From: Octopus vulgaris
Lineage: Eukaryota
NCBI GenBank assembly: GCA_951406725.2
Contig: OX597815.1
Coordinates: forward strand, 22,506,001-22,570,000
Reading direction: 5' to 3'
Length of the DNA: 64,000 nt
Below are positions 40,302 through 51,859 of this stretch, piece by piece. The stretch's first letter is position 1; each line of letters opens with the position of its first letter. Below the pieces are notes generated by a model. The model was not told where the DNA came from. It saw nothing but the letters and a program-made list of their open reading frames with translations, and searched no databases. Both the position numbers and the translations under genes were made by a program.

Positions 40302-40401
40302 ATCTATCTATGTATACTATACTTGTTGCTTATTTTGATTTTATGTATACTATATATATATGTATATATATATATAGTATACATATATGTATGTATGTAT
40401 G

Positions 40402-40442
<41 letters not shown>

Positions 40443-40456
40443 TACATATATGTATG

Positions 40457-40537
<81 letters not shown>

Positions 40538-41094
40538 CACGCACGTGTGTATGTGCTTGTATGTATATGTATCAGCACGGATATACACCACGGTTATTAA
40601 TCATTTCAAAGTTATCAGTCATTCCATGAACACTACTTGTAGAATAAAAATATATTCACTTCATCTCTTTAGATGAGGCAAAGTCTAGATTTATAAACAA
40701 GTATAAACGAAGAAAATACTGAATGTGCTTCGGTGAGTTTTAACATCTTTAAATTGTTTGGCAAAAGAACAACATTTTACAGCAAGAATTCATTTACCAC
40801 CCGGACGATGTTATACAACAACATACAACTTGTTTCAGGCTACATACTACCATTATCGATGCACTAGCGGCTTATGTATGCATTATATATGTATATATAT
40901 ATATATATATTCTACAGTCATATTCATCCGTCAGCATCATCCTAATCAGTAGCGGCAACTGTATGAAATTTAATAGAATCAAAATTAGTATTCTCGGCAT
41001 TCCAATCCACACTGAAACAACATCGCTGTTTACTTCCTATAACATCAGTATTATCATTTTCTTCCATTCATTTTCTTCAATTCATTCTTTCTCT

Positions 41095-41150
<56 letters not shown>

Positions 41151-41166
41151 GATCTATCTTTGCATT

Positions 41167-41213
<47 letters not shown>

Positions 41214-41215
<2 letters not shown>

Positions 41216-41431
41216 TCTTTTACTCTTTTACTTGTTTCAGTCATTTGACTGCGGCCATGCTGGAGCACCGCCTTTAACCGAGCAACTCGATCCCGGGGCT
41301 TATTCTTTTGTAAAGCCCAGTACTTATTCTATCGGTCTCTTTTGCCTAACCGCTAAGTAACGGGGACATAAACACACCAGCATCGGTTGTCAAGCAATGC
41401 TGGAGGACAAACACAGACACACAAACACACA

Positions 41432-41479
<48 letters not shown>

Positions 41480-41619
41480 TACGACGGGCTTCTTTCAGTT
41501 TCCGCCTACCAAATCCACTCACAAGGCTTTGGTCGGCTCGAGGCTATAGTAGAAGACACTTACCCAAGGTGCCATGTAGCTGGTAGACAAGCTACTTACC
41601 ACACAGCCACTCCTGCGCC

Positions 41620-41620
<1 letters not shown>
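41214..41620 (-). mobile_element. SINE family C with a deletion in the B-box region
   Basis: High similarity to the reverse complement of 5208-5677; embedded in (TA)n. Confidence 0.88.
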
Positions 41621-41715
<95 letters not shown>

Positions 41716-41970
41716 AGGAAATAGTTCAAGATTTGTAAAAAATAGTTGGGATACTCTTCTTCAATGTAATCTATTTTATATAACTACACGTAGAACGCAG
41801 AAATTCGCTTCACAATCATGAGGAATTCGAAATTCGATGTCGCTGCGTCGGCTCATACCTTGTGGGTGAGAACGGATAGACGTAAACTGCAGGAACACAT
41901 CAGATGGGTTATGCCTGTAATTCAAATTTCCATTCAGAATCACGTTAATACTGTATGATGATTAGCTTAA

Positions 41971-42202
41971 AGGCGGCGAGCTGGCAGAAGCATTAGCACG
42001 CCGGGCGAAATGCGTAGCCGTATTTCCTCTGCCGTTACGTTCTGTGTTCAAATACCGCCGAGGTCGACTTTGCTTTTCATCCTTTCGGGGTCGATAAATT
42101 AAGTACAAGTTACGCACTGGGGTTGATGTAATCGACTTAATCCGTTTGTCTGTCCTTGTTTGTCCCCTCTGTGTTTAGCCCCTTGTGGGTAGTAAAGAAA
42201 TA
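41971..42202 (+). mobile_element. Full-length SINE family B monomer
   Basis: aggcggcgagctggcagaag…gttcaaat…catcctttcggggtcgataaattaagtac…gggtagtaaagaaata; 11-bp TSD GATTAGCTTAA at 41960-41970 and 42203-42213. Confidence 0.92.
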
Positions 42203-42813
42203 GATTAGCTTAAGCTTGCAAATATCTACGGAATACTCAGCCTCTTACACGAGAATTCAATGATTATGCTGAGCGAACTACTTGAACGCACATAACCGGA
42301 AATTCACACTATGTGTCTGTCTGTCTGTCTGTCTGTACATAAATGTATTCTCTTATTCTTTAACTCTTTTACTCGTTTCAGCTCCAGAGCTGCGGTCATA
42401 CTGGGGCACTGTCGTTTGCATACACTACTATATACACAGTAAGCACATATCTTCAGTAACTGAGTATGGGAGTTACTCAAAAGCCTAAACTTTTGGGCCA
42501 AGACATTTATCAATCTTCAGCTTATTAAGAAGTTTGACGCAAAAAATCCAAATCCTAGAGTAACTGATCTAATACCAATTAAAGTTAATAGCGAAATTAT
42601 AGATATTCGGTTTATATTTTACGTTTCTGGTTAGTAAATCAAACTTCCTTAGATACATGCATTCATAAATACTAACATACATAAATATATGCATAAATAC
42701 ATACATCCGCATGTTCTAGAAATGCATAAAACCAAGCTAAATTTACTAAATTGCCATTAAATTAGTAAAAGTAACGTTTACAGTCATATACAGTCACACA
42801 TACAGCCACCTAG

Positions 42814-42849
<36 letters not shown>

Positions 42850-42850
42850 C

Positions 42851-43345
42851 ATAACAATAATACCAGTATGGAATTAATAAATATTTAATACATCGCTACG
42901 TACTTTTCCACAGATCAGATAATTTTGACATCAGAGCAAGTATCCTTGAGATTAGTACAGTCTGGTCCATATTATCGGTGGGTATCATGACTGATCCAGT
43001 TCATCGGGTGATACTGTATAATTGGATGAATCACGGAGGGCCGTTAATCCCTTCTTGCCAGTATTAAGGCCAACCTAGCTAGACTGGCCTTCATACTGGC
43101 TAGATTGGCCTTCACAGCTAGATTGGCCTTCATATTGGCAAGAAGGGATAAACATCACTCTGTGATTCATCCAACTATACAGTATCGCCTTGTGAAATGG
43201 ATCAAGGATGATGCCCGAAGATAATACGGACTATACTGTGCTAATCCCAACGATACCGGCTCTGATGTCAAAATCATCTGATTTGCAGAAACGTACGTAG
43301 CTATGTATTAAATATTTCTAAATTCCATCCTGATATTATTGTTAT
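42851..43345. mobile_element. ~495-bp fold-back element (two ~230-bp diverged inverted arms)
   Basis: Paired segments include ataacaataat/attattgttat, aaatatttaatacat/atgtattaaatattt, ttttgacatcagagc/gctctgatgtcaaaa, ttggatgaatcac/gtgattcatccaa and atcccttcttgcca/tggcaagaagggat. The centre has 3 tandem gctaga(c/t)tggccttca units. Confidence 0.88.
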
Positions 43346-43651
43346 TATTGCATTTATCCCATAGTATATCGGTATAACCATGATGCAATCCCGAAATTCT
43401 TACTCACAGGTCAGTATCATTAAACGACAGCTGGCATAATAAAATAGGAGCTTTATTCGCACACCCCTAACGTTACCTAAACGAATTTCAAAGATATATA
43501 TATGTGTGTATGTATGTATGTATGTATGTATACATACATATATACATACAGTCATACATGCATACATACATACATACATACATACATACATACATACATA
43601 CATACATACATACAATATATAGATACAGACACAGATGATCGAAAATAGGTA

Positions 43652-43687
<36 letters not shown>

Positions 43688-44319
43688 TGTATGTATGTAT
43701 GTGTGTGTATGTATGTATGTATGTATGTATGTATGTATGTATGTATGTATGTATGTATGTGTGTATGTATGTATGCATGTATATAGCGAGGAGACATTTA
43801 TATGAACAGAATGTTTGTCTTGACTATCACAGAAATCCGGCAACATATTGATAAGTGTGCAACAAAACGAAGTGTATAAAAAAAATCGATATGAAATCAA
43901 TGTTAAGAGGGTTTTGCTGAAAATTACGCATCCATAGAAGCATACTTGCGCGAGCAAGTTTATTTTGGGAGGGGTAGGGATAACAGGGTTGGAGCAGATG
44001 GCAAGGTGTTCATATTTGTAGATATCTATAAGAAAGAATGAAGGTGAAGATTTCAGAGAGAAGATAGAAAAGTCATGCATTTGAGGTTAAACCTGCATTT
44101 TGATTGCATTACACAGACGCACACAAAGTAATATTCACAAATGTACGCTCACAAAGAAACATACACATACACACAACATGAAGCAACATATGAATGCACA
44201 CAATATTTTACATACGCATAAAATATTTTCACGTGTTATGGTGTGTGTCCATTTGCATATAATGTATATACATATATATGTTTGTATTTATTTATTTATG
44301 TATAAAGAAGAAACATCTA

Positions 44320-44600
44320 CGGAAATGCCAGACCCGGGAATTCACAGTGCACATCAAGGCAACACAGCAAAACAGGGGCAACCTTAGAATCTCTGAGGCC
44401 ATCCTCATACACCAAAAGAAACCTAAAATCAACAATGGTGGGGAGTTAAAGGAAGCTACCTGGTTAGTTTCTTGAAAATGGGGTCATAACCCCGAAATAT
44501 TGAGTACAAGGTAAGTCTACATTAATTCATATATTTGTTTTCTAGTGATTTACCTTGCATTTACCTCGTATTGTTTTGACCTTACCCACGATCCTTTATA
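44320..44600 (+). mobile_element. 3' end of a Penelope-like element: GIY-YIG endonuclease C-terminus followed by a hammerhead-like motif
   Basis: ORF 44278-44475 ends …NRGNLRISEAILIHQKKPKINNGGEL, like the PLE L.I.EA.LI….P.LN motif. Its stop codon lies inside TTGAAAA-T-GGGG-TCATAA-CCCC-GAAA-TATT (44472-44501). Confidence 0.7.
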
Positions 44601-44679
44601 CAACATGTATATATGAATATAAATTGAACAATCACACACATACACACACGCACTCATATATATATATATATCTTATATA

Positions 44680-45160
44680 CAAGGGTTGGACAAAATAATG
44701 GAAACACCTAGCATCATGCCATCATAATATTGAAATATCTATAAAACCATCAAAAGCTCGTTCATTTTTATGTTTATCGACTTATTATTAGAGTTGCTTA
44801 ATATGTTTTGCTAAAATTGCAATTTCTTTTCAGATATCATCAGAGAAAGGTAATTAAAATTTATTAAAATGGCAGATCTAACGGACTTTGAAAGAGATCA
44901 AATTGTTGGTGCTTGTATGGCAGGCGCTAGCGTAACGAAAACAGTCGAAATGTTTGGTGTAATGACAGCCTTTGAGAAAGAGAGAAAAACCTCCTCGTCG
45001 AAACAAAACTCCAGAAGAAAACCAAAATTTTCAGATAGGGACCGTCGAACTCTTACGCGAATTGTTAGAAAGGACCGCAGAATTACAGCTCCCTAAATTA
45101 CTGTAGAGCTTAATGACCACCTCAAGAACCCAGTTTCCACAAAAACTATTCGCCGGGAGA
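44680..45160 (+). mobile_element. 5' part of the Tc1-family element (left TIR plus transposase N-terminal HTH)
   Basis: TA-CAAGGGTTGGACAAAATAATGGAAACACC is the same TIR as at 29859; ORF 44869 reads MADLTDFERDQIVGA…GRKPK-like…SDRDRRTLTRIVRKDRRITA. Confidence 0.9.
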
Positions 45161-45360
45161 GTTGCATGGACAAAGAGAAAACTCAACAACGCGAGGACGT
45201 GGAATAAGAATAGTGTTATTGGACGCTCAGGAAAGGAAAGAAAGAAGGAGGATTTCACGTTTCGAGCGGAACGCTTCGTCAGAAATATAGAAAAAAAGTC
45301 CTAAGTAAGGAAGACGGAGAAAGAAAATCGCCAACGATACACACGCAGCCACATATTGAA
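45158..45360 (-). mobile_element. Penelope-like terminal-repeat family D copy truncating the Tc1 element
   Basis: Minus strand ATTT-CTGACGA-AGCG-TTC-CGCT-C-GAAA-CG-TG-AAAT at 45252-45286. Confidence 0.72.
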
Positions 45361-45376
45361 ATATATATATATATAT

Positions 45377-45727
45377 AAACAAAAGACGAAGGCAGGTGGA
45401 GTATAAACAAACAATGTATTAATATGGCGCTCAGGAATAGAAATAAAACAAGTCTTTTAAGTTTCGAGCCTACGCTCTTCGACAGAAAGATACACAGAAA
45501 AGAAACAAGGAGAGAAAAAAAATTGCGTGTAGGGGCTAACGATCCAACATGGCGTTATATATATATTTCTCTCCTTGTTTCTTTTCTGTGTATCTTTCTG
45601 TCGAAGAGCGTAGGCTCGAAACGTAAAAGACTTGTTTTATTTCTATTCCTGAGCGCCATACTAATACATTGTTTGTTTGTACTCCATCTGCCTTCGTCTT
45701 TTGTTTATTTTCGTAAACCTTCCCGTT
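45377..45727. mobile_element. Inverted pair of Penelope-like terminal repeats, each with a hammerhead motif, flanked by (TA)n
   Basis: 45377-45518 is the reverse complement of 45566-45706 with about 4 mismatches. Confidence 0.85.
45593..45630 (+). ncRNA. Minimal type-I hammerhead-like motif (core variant CUGUCGA)
   Basis: TCTTT-CTGTCGA-A-GAGC-GTAG-GCTC-GAAA-CG-TA-AAAGA: stem I 5 bp, stem II 4 bp, palindromic ACGU stem III, GUA cleavage triplet. Conserved A6 is U. Confidence 0.6.
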
Positions 45728-45789
45728 ATATATATATATATATATATGACTAGTAGCGACTTTTCTTGAAAATCGACAAAATTTTGTCA

Positions 45790-46045
45790 TTGTGGTGTAA
45801 TCAAGTACCTGCAGAAAATCTTTAAAATGACTCAAGGTCTGGATATCCGGCAAATACCACCACCAAGGGAAACATTGATCATTTCACCACATGCTGCTGG
45901 ATGACAGGCAATTGAGTAAAATCAAATAGCTTATGCTATTAGCATATCCCGTGGGAGATCTGAGAATATTATGCACAATGTACTTGGCATGACGAAGGTC
46001 TCTGCTCGGTGGGCTATACTTCTGACACCTGGTCAAAATGTACAC
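45790..46045 (+). pseudogene. Mariner transposase N-terminal fragment
   Basis: SGYPANTTTKGNID…LLDDRQL…QIAYAISISRG…IMHNVLGMTKVSARWA.LLTPGQ (second HTH plus WVP-like linker). Confidence 0.75.
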
Positions 46046-46047
46046 AG

Positions 46048-46348
46048 TATTAAAATACGAGCTAATAATAGTATCTTGCTTTGGAAATGCGGATTTAGCC
46101 GGGTTTTATAACAACACGCCCAGTGTCCAGCAACATTTGGACTCTTAAAACATGGTCTATTCTATTTGCAAATGAGAACTCTGGTGCCAGTGTAATCACA
46201 ATAAAAAACTAGAAGACGGTAGATTTTCAAATAGAATAGTCCATGTGCTCAGAGCCTGGTGACTGCTTGGAATCACAAGGGTGTTGTAAAATCTGGTCTA
46301 GACCCGTGTCTCCAAAGCAAGAAACGATTAGTAGCTCATATTTCTATA
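46048..46348. mobile_element. ~300-bp fold-back element
   Basis: aaatacgagctaataatagtatcttgctttgga pairs with tccaaagcaagaaacgattagtagctcatattt; catggtctattctatttg pairs with caaatagaatagtccatg. Confidence 0.82.
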
Positions 46349-46727
46349 ATACATACATTAAATGATACTTACCTCTATTTTTGTTAATCTTACCTTAACA
46401 GAACTATAAACAACACACACACACACACACACGCACGCACGCATGCACACACATACATATATAAATCTATACATACATACACACATGCATATATATGTAT
46501 ATATATATATATACATATATGTATATATATATATATACATATATATATATACACATATATATATATATACAGAGATGGTGAGAAAGAAAGATGGCGCGTG
46601 TTAGACAGAGTAAGAGAATGTAACAGACGAAATGGGGTAGGAAAGGATATGATATTATATACATTGATAATGAAAGTAAAAAAAGAGAAATTCTGAAGAC
46701 TCAGTATTGTGTCTACGTAAACACGTA

Positions 46728-46780
<53 letters not shown>

Positions 46781-47104
46781 ACACACACACACGCACATTC
46801 ACGTACGCACTCACTCACACATGTACATGTAAACTATATATCTATTTATATATGTGTTAATATGGTCATGTGAATGGCTGCACAAATCTTTGCAAGTATA
46901 TGTCTGAAAAGGAGTTTGCAATCGATTAATTGATCGGGAAAAGACATGATTTTCTCAACATATGTTTACTATAAAATAACAGCCTAAGAGAATGCACTTT
47001 TTCAATCTAGAGGGAACTTTCTGTGCGTTCGGTCAAAAGTAACAACATAATTTTGACCTCAAATATCAGTGAATATATATATATATACGTATATGTGTGT
47101 GTCC

Positions 47105-47147
<43 letters not shown>

Positions 47148-47152
<5 letters not shown>

Positions 47153-47429
47153 TATGGCAGCGTTTACTGGAAATTAATTGTTATCGCTATATTAATATGG
47201 CATTCTTATAGATATAAGAATAATCGCTGCCATGGTCAGCTCCATGAGGCCACCGCCATCAAGATAGCTATTGATACACGATCTGTATCCATTATAACCT
47301 TCGAACAAGGGAGGTCAGCCGCTTCACACTGCCAGTCCGACAGCTACAGACGCGTTTCGGGGTATTGCCCCTTGTCAATGTAGCGCAGTCAGACCCGCAG
47401 GTGTCGCCACTGACGTCTCTGTTCGAAGG

Positions 47430-47431
<2 letters not shown>
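47148..47431 (-). mobile_element. 284-bp structured non-coding element carrying a hammerhead ribozyme (retrozyme / Penelope terminal-repeat-like), inserted in (TA)n
   Basis: GC-richer island between two (TA)n tracts. Hairpins are closed by atggcagcg/cgctgccat (47154-47233) and ccttcgaaca/tgttcgaagg (47298-47429), with the hammerhead at the apex of the second. Confidence 0.75.
47343..47384 (-). ncRNA. Minimal type-I hammerhead ribozyme (U3-A8 compensatory core)
   Basis: Minus-strand RNA GCUACA-UUGACAA-GGGG-CAAUA-CCCC-GAAA-CGCG-UC-UGUAGC: perfect 6-bp stem I, 4-bp stem II, palindromic ACGCGU stem III, GUC cleavage triplet. Confidence 0.8.
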
Positions 47432-47496
<65 letters not shown>

Positions 47497-47721
47497 GGGG
47501 AGTTGGTAAGCAACAGGTTCGTTAGAATCTAGATACATCAACAAGTAGGTCTTTGGAAATGGTTAGGGTTAAGGTTCAAGCTTACAGTGCATTAAAGCAA
47601 CTCTTAGTTTTCCTTTTTACTGAGGCATTGTTAGATTATATCATGACAAAATTTCGTCATCGTCAGCTGAATACTGAATACATAAATAAGTAAGGTAAAA
47701 ATAGAAGATGACCAGTTAGAC

Positions 47722-47960
47722 TTCTCTTCGACGATGAAACTGGTAACTTCTATTACTTTTTACTAAGGATATTCCTTGATACTTTAACAATGGAATAGCT
47801 AATTGCTATTATCTTTTACTAGAACTTCCTTAATTCTCCGATGATGGAATTACTAACCGCTATTATCTTTTACTAAGGATGTTCCTTAATTTTTCGATGA
47901 ACTGGTAGCTACTAATATTCTTTAATACGGATATTCTTTCCCTTCGAAAACGGATAGCTG
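47722..47960. repeat. Degenerate ~55-bp minisatellite, about 4 units
   Basis: Recurrent cgatga(t)g(g)aa…ctattatcttttactaaggat(a/g)ttcctt(a/g)at. Confidence 0.75.
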
Positions 47961-49776
47961 GCTTACGTGGAAATCTTTGCGCAATGACACATGCTTTACA
48001 TGCTCAGCTATTCTAAAAACAGCTGTAAGAGACTTTACGCATTATTTCTTAATTCTTTACTTAAATATGTTTATTGTACAACATTCTACTCCCAAGTACA
48101 TTCCTGTAATTAATTATATATTCATCTCTCTAAAATCGAAAAATAAAACTAATGAATCAACTTGTTTGAAAAAAGAGATGTGTGCCCTAGAAAAAATGTT
48201 TATAAGCTATAATCCCTGTCATTAATCCAAATCCAATACGCCATTATTATTTCAGTGTTTGCTGTGTCTGCTGTGTCAAGGCTGGCATAGTTTATATGTC
48301 TTTGCAGGGTTTATCAATTATATATCGTCTCAGCTGTAAATTTCGGCATTATCAAATCTGATTTAAATAATTCTTTCATAGTCTTTCTTGGTTTGGTATT
48401 GACATGGAAAAAAACTTTGTTACTCAATCCGTATTATCTATTCATATCTTTCCTTAAAGCCTGCTAAGGAGGCAGTGAGTTGGTCCCTAGAGTACCTTTA
48501 GTTACAAGCATTCAAACCACGTCTACAGCTGTCTCTTTTCTTCAACCAATTGCAGAGACTCTGAATAGAATGCTGAAATTGCTATTCTTCCTCTGACAAA
48601 TGTATGTAAACCAGTGTACATTGAAGTTTGTTGTTGCAAAGTGTACAAGGTCAGAAATAATGATACACCTAGTGCCATCAATATTTTGTAACTGTTGATA
48701 ACATTGGAATATATATTGTGAATATCGCATCTCTGGTGTGTATTTAATAGTTTTGATACAAGTACACTTACAAACAGTGGTAGTTTCCCAACGGAAAGTA
48801 ACACCTTGTTTATATATTATTTAGTCCTACTTACCCTAAAATGTAGTTTACTTCTTGAAGATCGAAATTGCCTATTAAATGGTGGGTTCGCCCAAGCAGT
48901 AAACGAAAGGAACTGTAGAGCATAAGGATAGGTGCGGTCAACTATAGCCATCTCCTGCCAATAAGTTCCAGAAGATGAGACACGATTTCAGATAGCCATT
49001 TCTACCTAACTTCGACTTCCAACCAATATCTCTTTGTTTATGCTGCTAAAGATTTTGTTTATTTTTTCACATCCTTCAATATTACAGATCTCCTATTTCT
49101 TCAAACCTATTAAAACAGGAACATTATTGAAGGATTTGCAGACAAATTGTAAGTTCACTGCACAGTGTAACAATTTCCGATTTTATGCTTCCGAGTAGTG
49201 ATAAAATAAGTACCAGGTATTTGTTGTGAATGATGTAACCGACTACACTCTCCACCGATTTGTACCAGTACAAGAAATGCTTATTCAGAAGGGAAACTAT
49301 TTCAGATATAAACAGAAATCAACTGAAAAAGAGAATACGTAAAATAAAGAATGAATATCTAATAATAAGAAAAGAACATCATTTTTAAATAAAATTCTAA
49401 GAAACTATTTGAAAGTGTTCAACTTTGCGTCTGTGGTTTGTGTACGTATTTAACATTATGTATGTCAGTCGTGCAGATATCTTTGTTAGATTGCATGTAT
49501 CAATCCCTGTGGTGTATGGTGGGTGCGGGCAAGTATCTCTGTACATATGTTATGTATTTACATGTGTTAGTATGTGTTGTGAGCATGTTCTTGTATCTAT
49601 ATTTGTGTAGTCTAACGGTAAATGTTTGCATGTATATATTTATTTCAAAGGCCAATACCTACCCCGGGTGTAATTATTTTCATTTCTTTTCTTTCCTGCC
49701 AACTCATTTCTTTCTCCTTCTTTTCATCTTGTACAAACGCACACACACTGACGCAAGTACTCACAAATGCGCGCGT

Positions 49777-49808
<32 letters not shown>

Positions 49809-51605
49809 TCACTCACTCACATACTCATTCATTTTCACTCTCTATCTTTCTTTCTTTCTCTCATTCGTACAGTCCTCAGTTAGGTTGTTGGTTTAATATA
49901 TTGTAAGAGGAAAAGCTGGTAATGCGGTCGCACACAAAAACAAAATTATTTTAATTAGAGAAGTGCTTGAAACGTTCCTTGTTAGAGTAACTTATTATAA
50001 TTTTCCAGAAATAGGGAACCGAAACATTTCTTATCTCTGGAAAGGAATTCTCTTATTTTCATAATAGAACCAAGAAAATAGTATAAAGAATACATTCTCA
50101 TTTGACTTTCAGTGAGTTTCCTATAAGATAGTTCACCTTCACTGTTAATAGCGTCGTATTCCAGAAAAAATTCATCATGCAGTAACATAATACTAAATAA
50201 ACATTAAAAACTTGATTTATTGACCTATGAAACTCGTTAAGAGAATAGATTTCCTTCGGATTAGTCAATTTCAAGTAATCTATGAAAACATTTACATAGT
50301 TCAGTCAGGGGACAAACTTATTTCCGATTTCAGAGATATCAGTTTCGGGTTTACTTCTTTAAATGAAGAACGTACTTACGGTAAACTCCAAACGTATCCA
50401 CATTTATTGCTTCTGTTTCTCTCGCAATCTCATCAGATAAGCTTTATCTACACGCACCTTTGCATGCTTAATTAAATCTGCATCTTATCCCTAAACAGAA
50501 ATCTTTAAATATCCAAAAGTGGAAACTTGACTAAGCGTTCTATTCAAAAGTATAAAAACATTCAAAAGTACAAAAACGATTCTACATGTTTATAATAGAA
50601 ATTCTAGCACTAACAAGTACTACTTGTTTAATATGCCACATTCTTACAAAGATATTTTAATATAAGATAGTCTAACATTCTAAAAAAAAATACATCAATC
50701 ATCCGCAGTTTGTAAATTCTGATCCACAACACTTCATTTTTTCATACCTCTTCTAACTTTAATGATTTGACGATATCCTTTAAACCTTAAGTATCGATAC
50801 AAACTCCATATCAAACTAAATGATGCACCAACCTTTTCCGTGTTATAAAATCCTTCGATGCTGATCTTTATATATAATATAGAATTGATTTTAATTCGGT
50901 TACCTCGAATTAATTAAACCCTGCACTAGAATGGTATTTTTCATCGACTTCAGAAGTAAAGCAAAATAAACAAGGCATCCATTGAACTGAGCATGTAAAA
51001 AGGATTACACTTCTTAGTCATATTATATAGTATATTGTCAATATTATATATATATATACACATATATAATATAGATATATATATATATATACATGTGTGT
51101 GTGTGTACATACATGTGGATAATATCCTTGCAGGGAAGATGATGACTTCTGATTTTGGGATGCAAAAATCATTGTGTTTAGTGACAGTCTTCAAAATGGC
51201 CACACCATCAATGGTGCTATGCCAGCTTGCTGAAGATGTTGCGAAAGCCTATCAAGGTCAGATGCCCAGGTCAATGCTCCAGGATACAAGTCCTTGGTTT
51301 CAAGGACTGCTGTGCGTGACTGTGGCTTTTGGTCACACTCCATGAGAATATCTTGAATACCTTTCAACCGACCCTTGTATATTTACAAACGCGCGCACGC
51401 AGATTTTTATGTATCCCTGTTCCTTTCTCTCTCGTGCATATCATACCTCTATCTGTCTATTGAAAACCTCCCTGATTTACTACTTGCCCCGCCTTTGTCG
51501 TTCTATTCTGTGCTACACTTCATCTGCTATTCCGTTCAAATTACCAGTTTTGAAGAACCTCATGTGTATATATGACACGCACACGTTCATGCATATAAGC
51601 GTATT

Positions 51606-51662
<57 letters not shown>

Positions 51663-51822
51663 GTGTGTGTGTGTGTCTGTCTGTTTGTGTCTGTGTTTGT
51701 ATCTGTGTGTGTGCGTATGTTCATATAAAAAGATTTCGATTTCCGTGGGGTTTTAAGGTTTTTTTATGCACCTCATATATTTTAAATATCATTATGAATG
51801 GACACCTTTATCTCTATTTATG

Positions 51823-51859
<37 letters not shown>

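Noticed and set aside
47722-47960. Regularly spaced repeats as a possible CRISPR array
   Set aside because: The units are degenerate along their whole length, there are no unique spacers or cas genes, and the context is eukaryotic.
48523-48804. Non-repetitive ORFs of 62-93 aa, with a vague hAT-like LQPIAETLNRM on the plus strand
   Set aside because: No recognisable domain, stops in the suggestive frame, and no clear splice signals.
51097-51345. GC-richer island with an 82-aa ORF
   Set aside because: No motif I can recognise; possibly a decayed transposase fragment, but unsupported.
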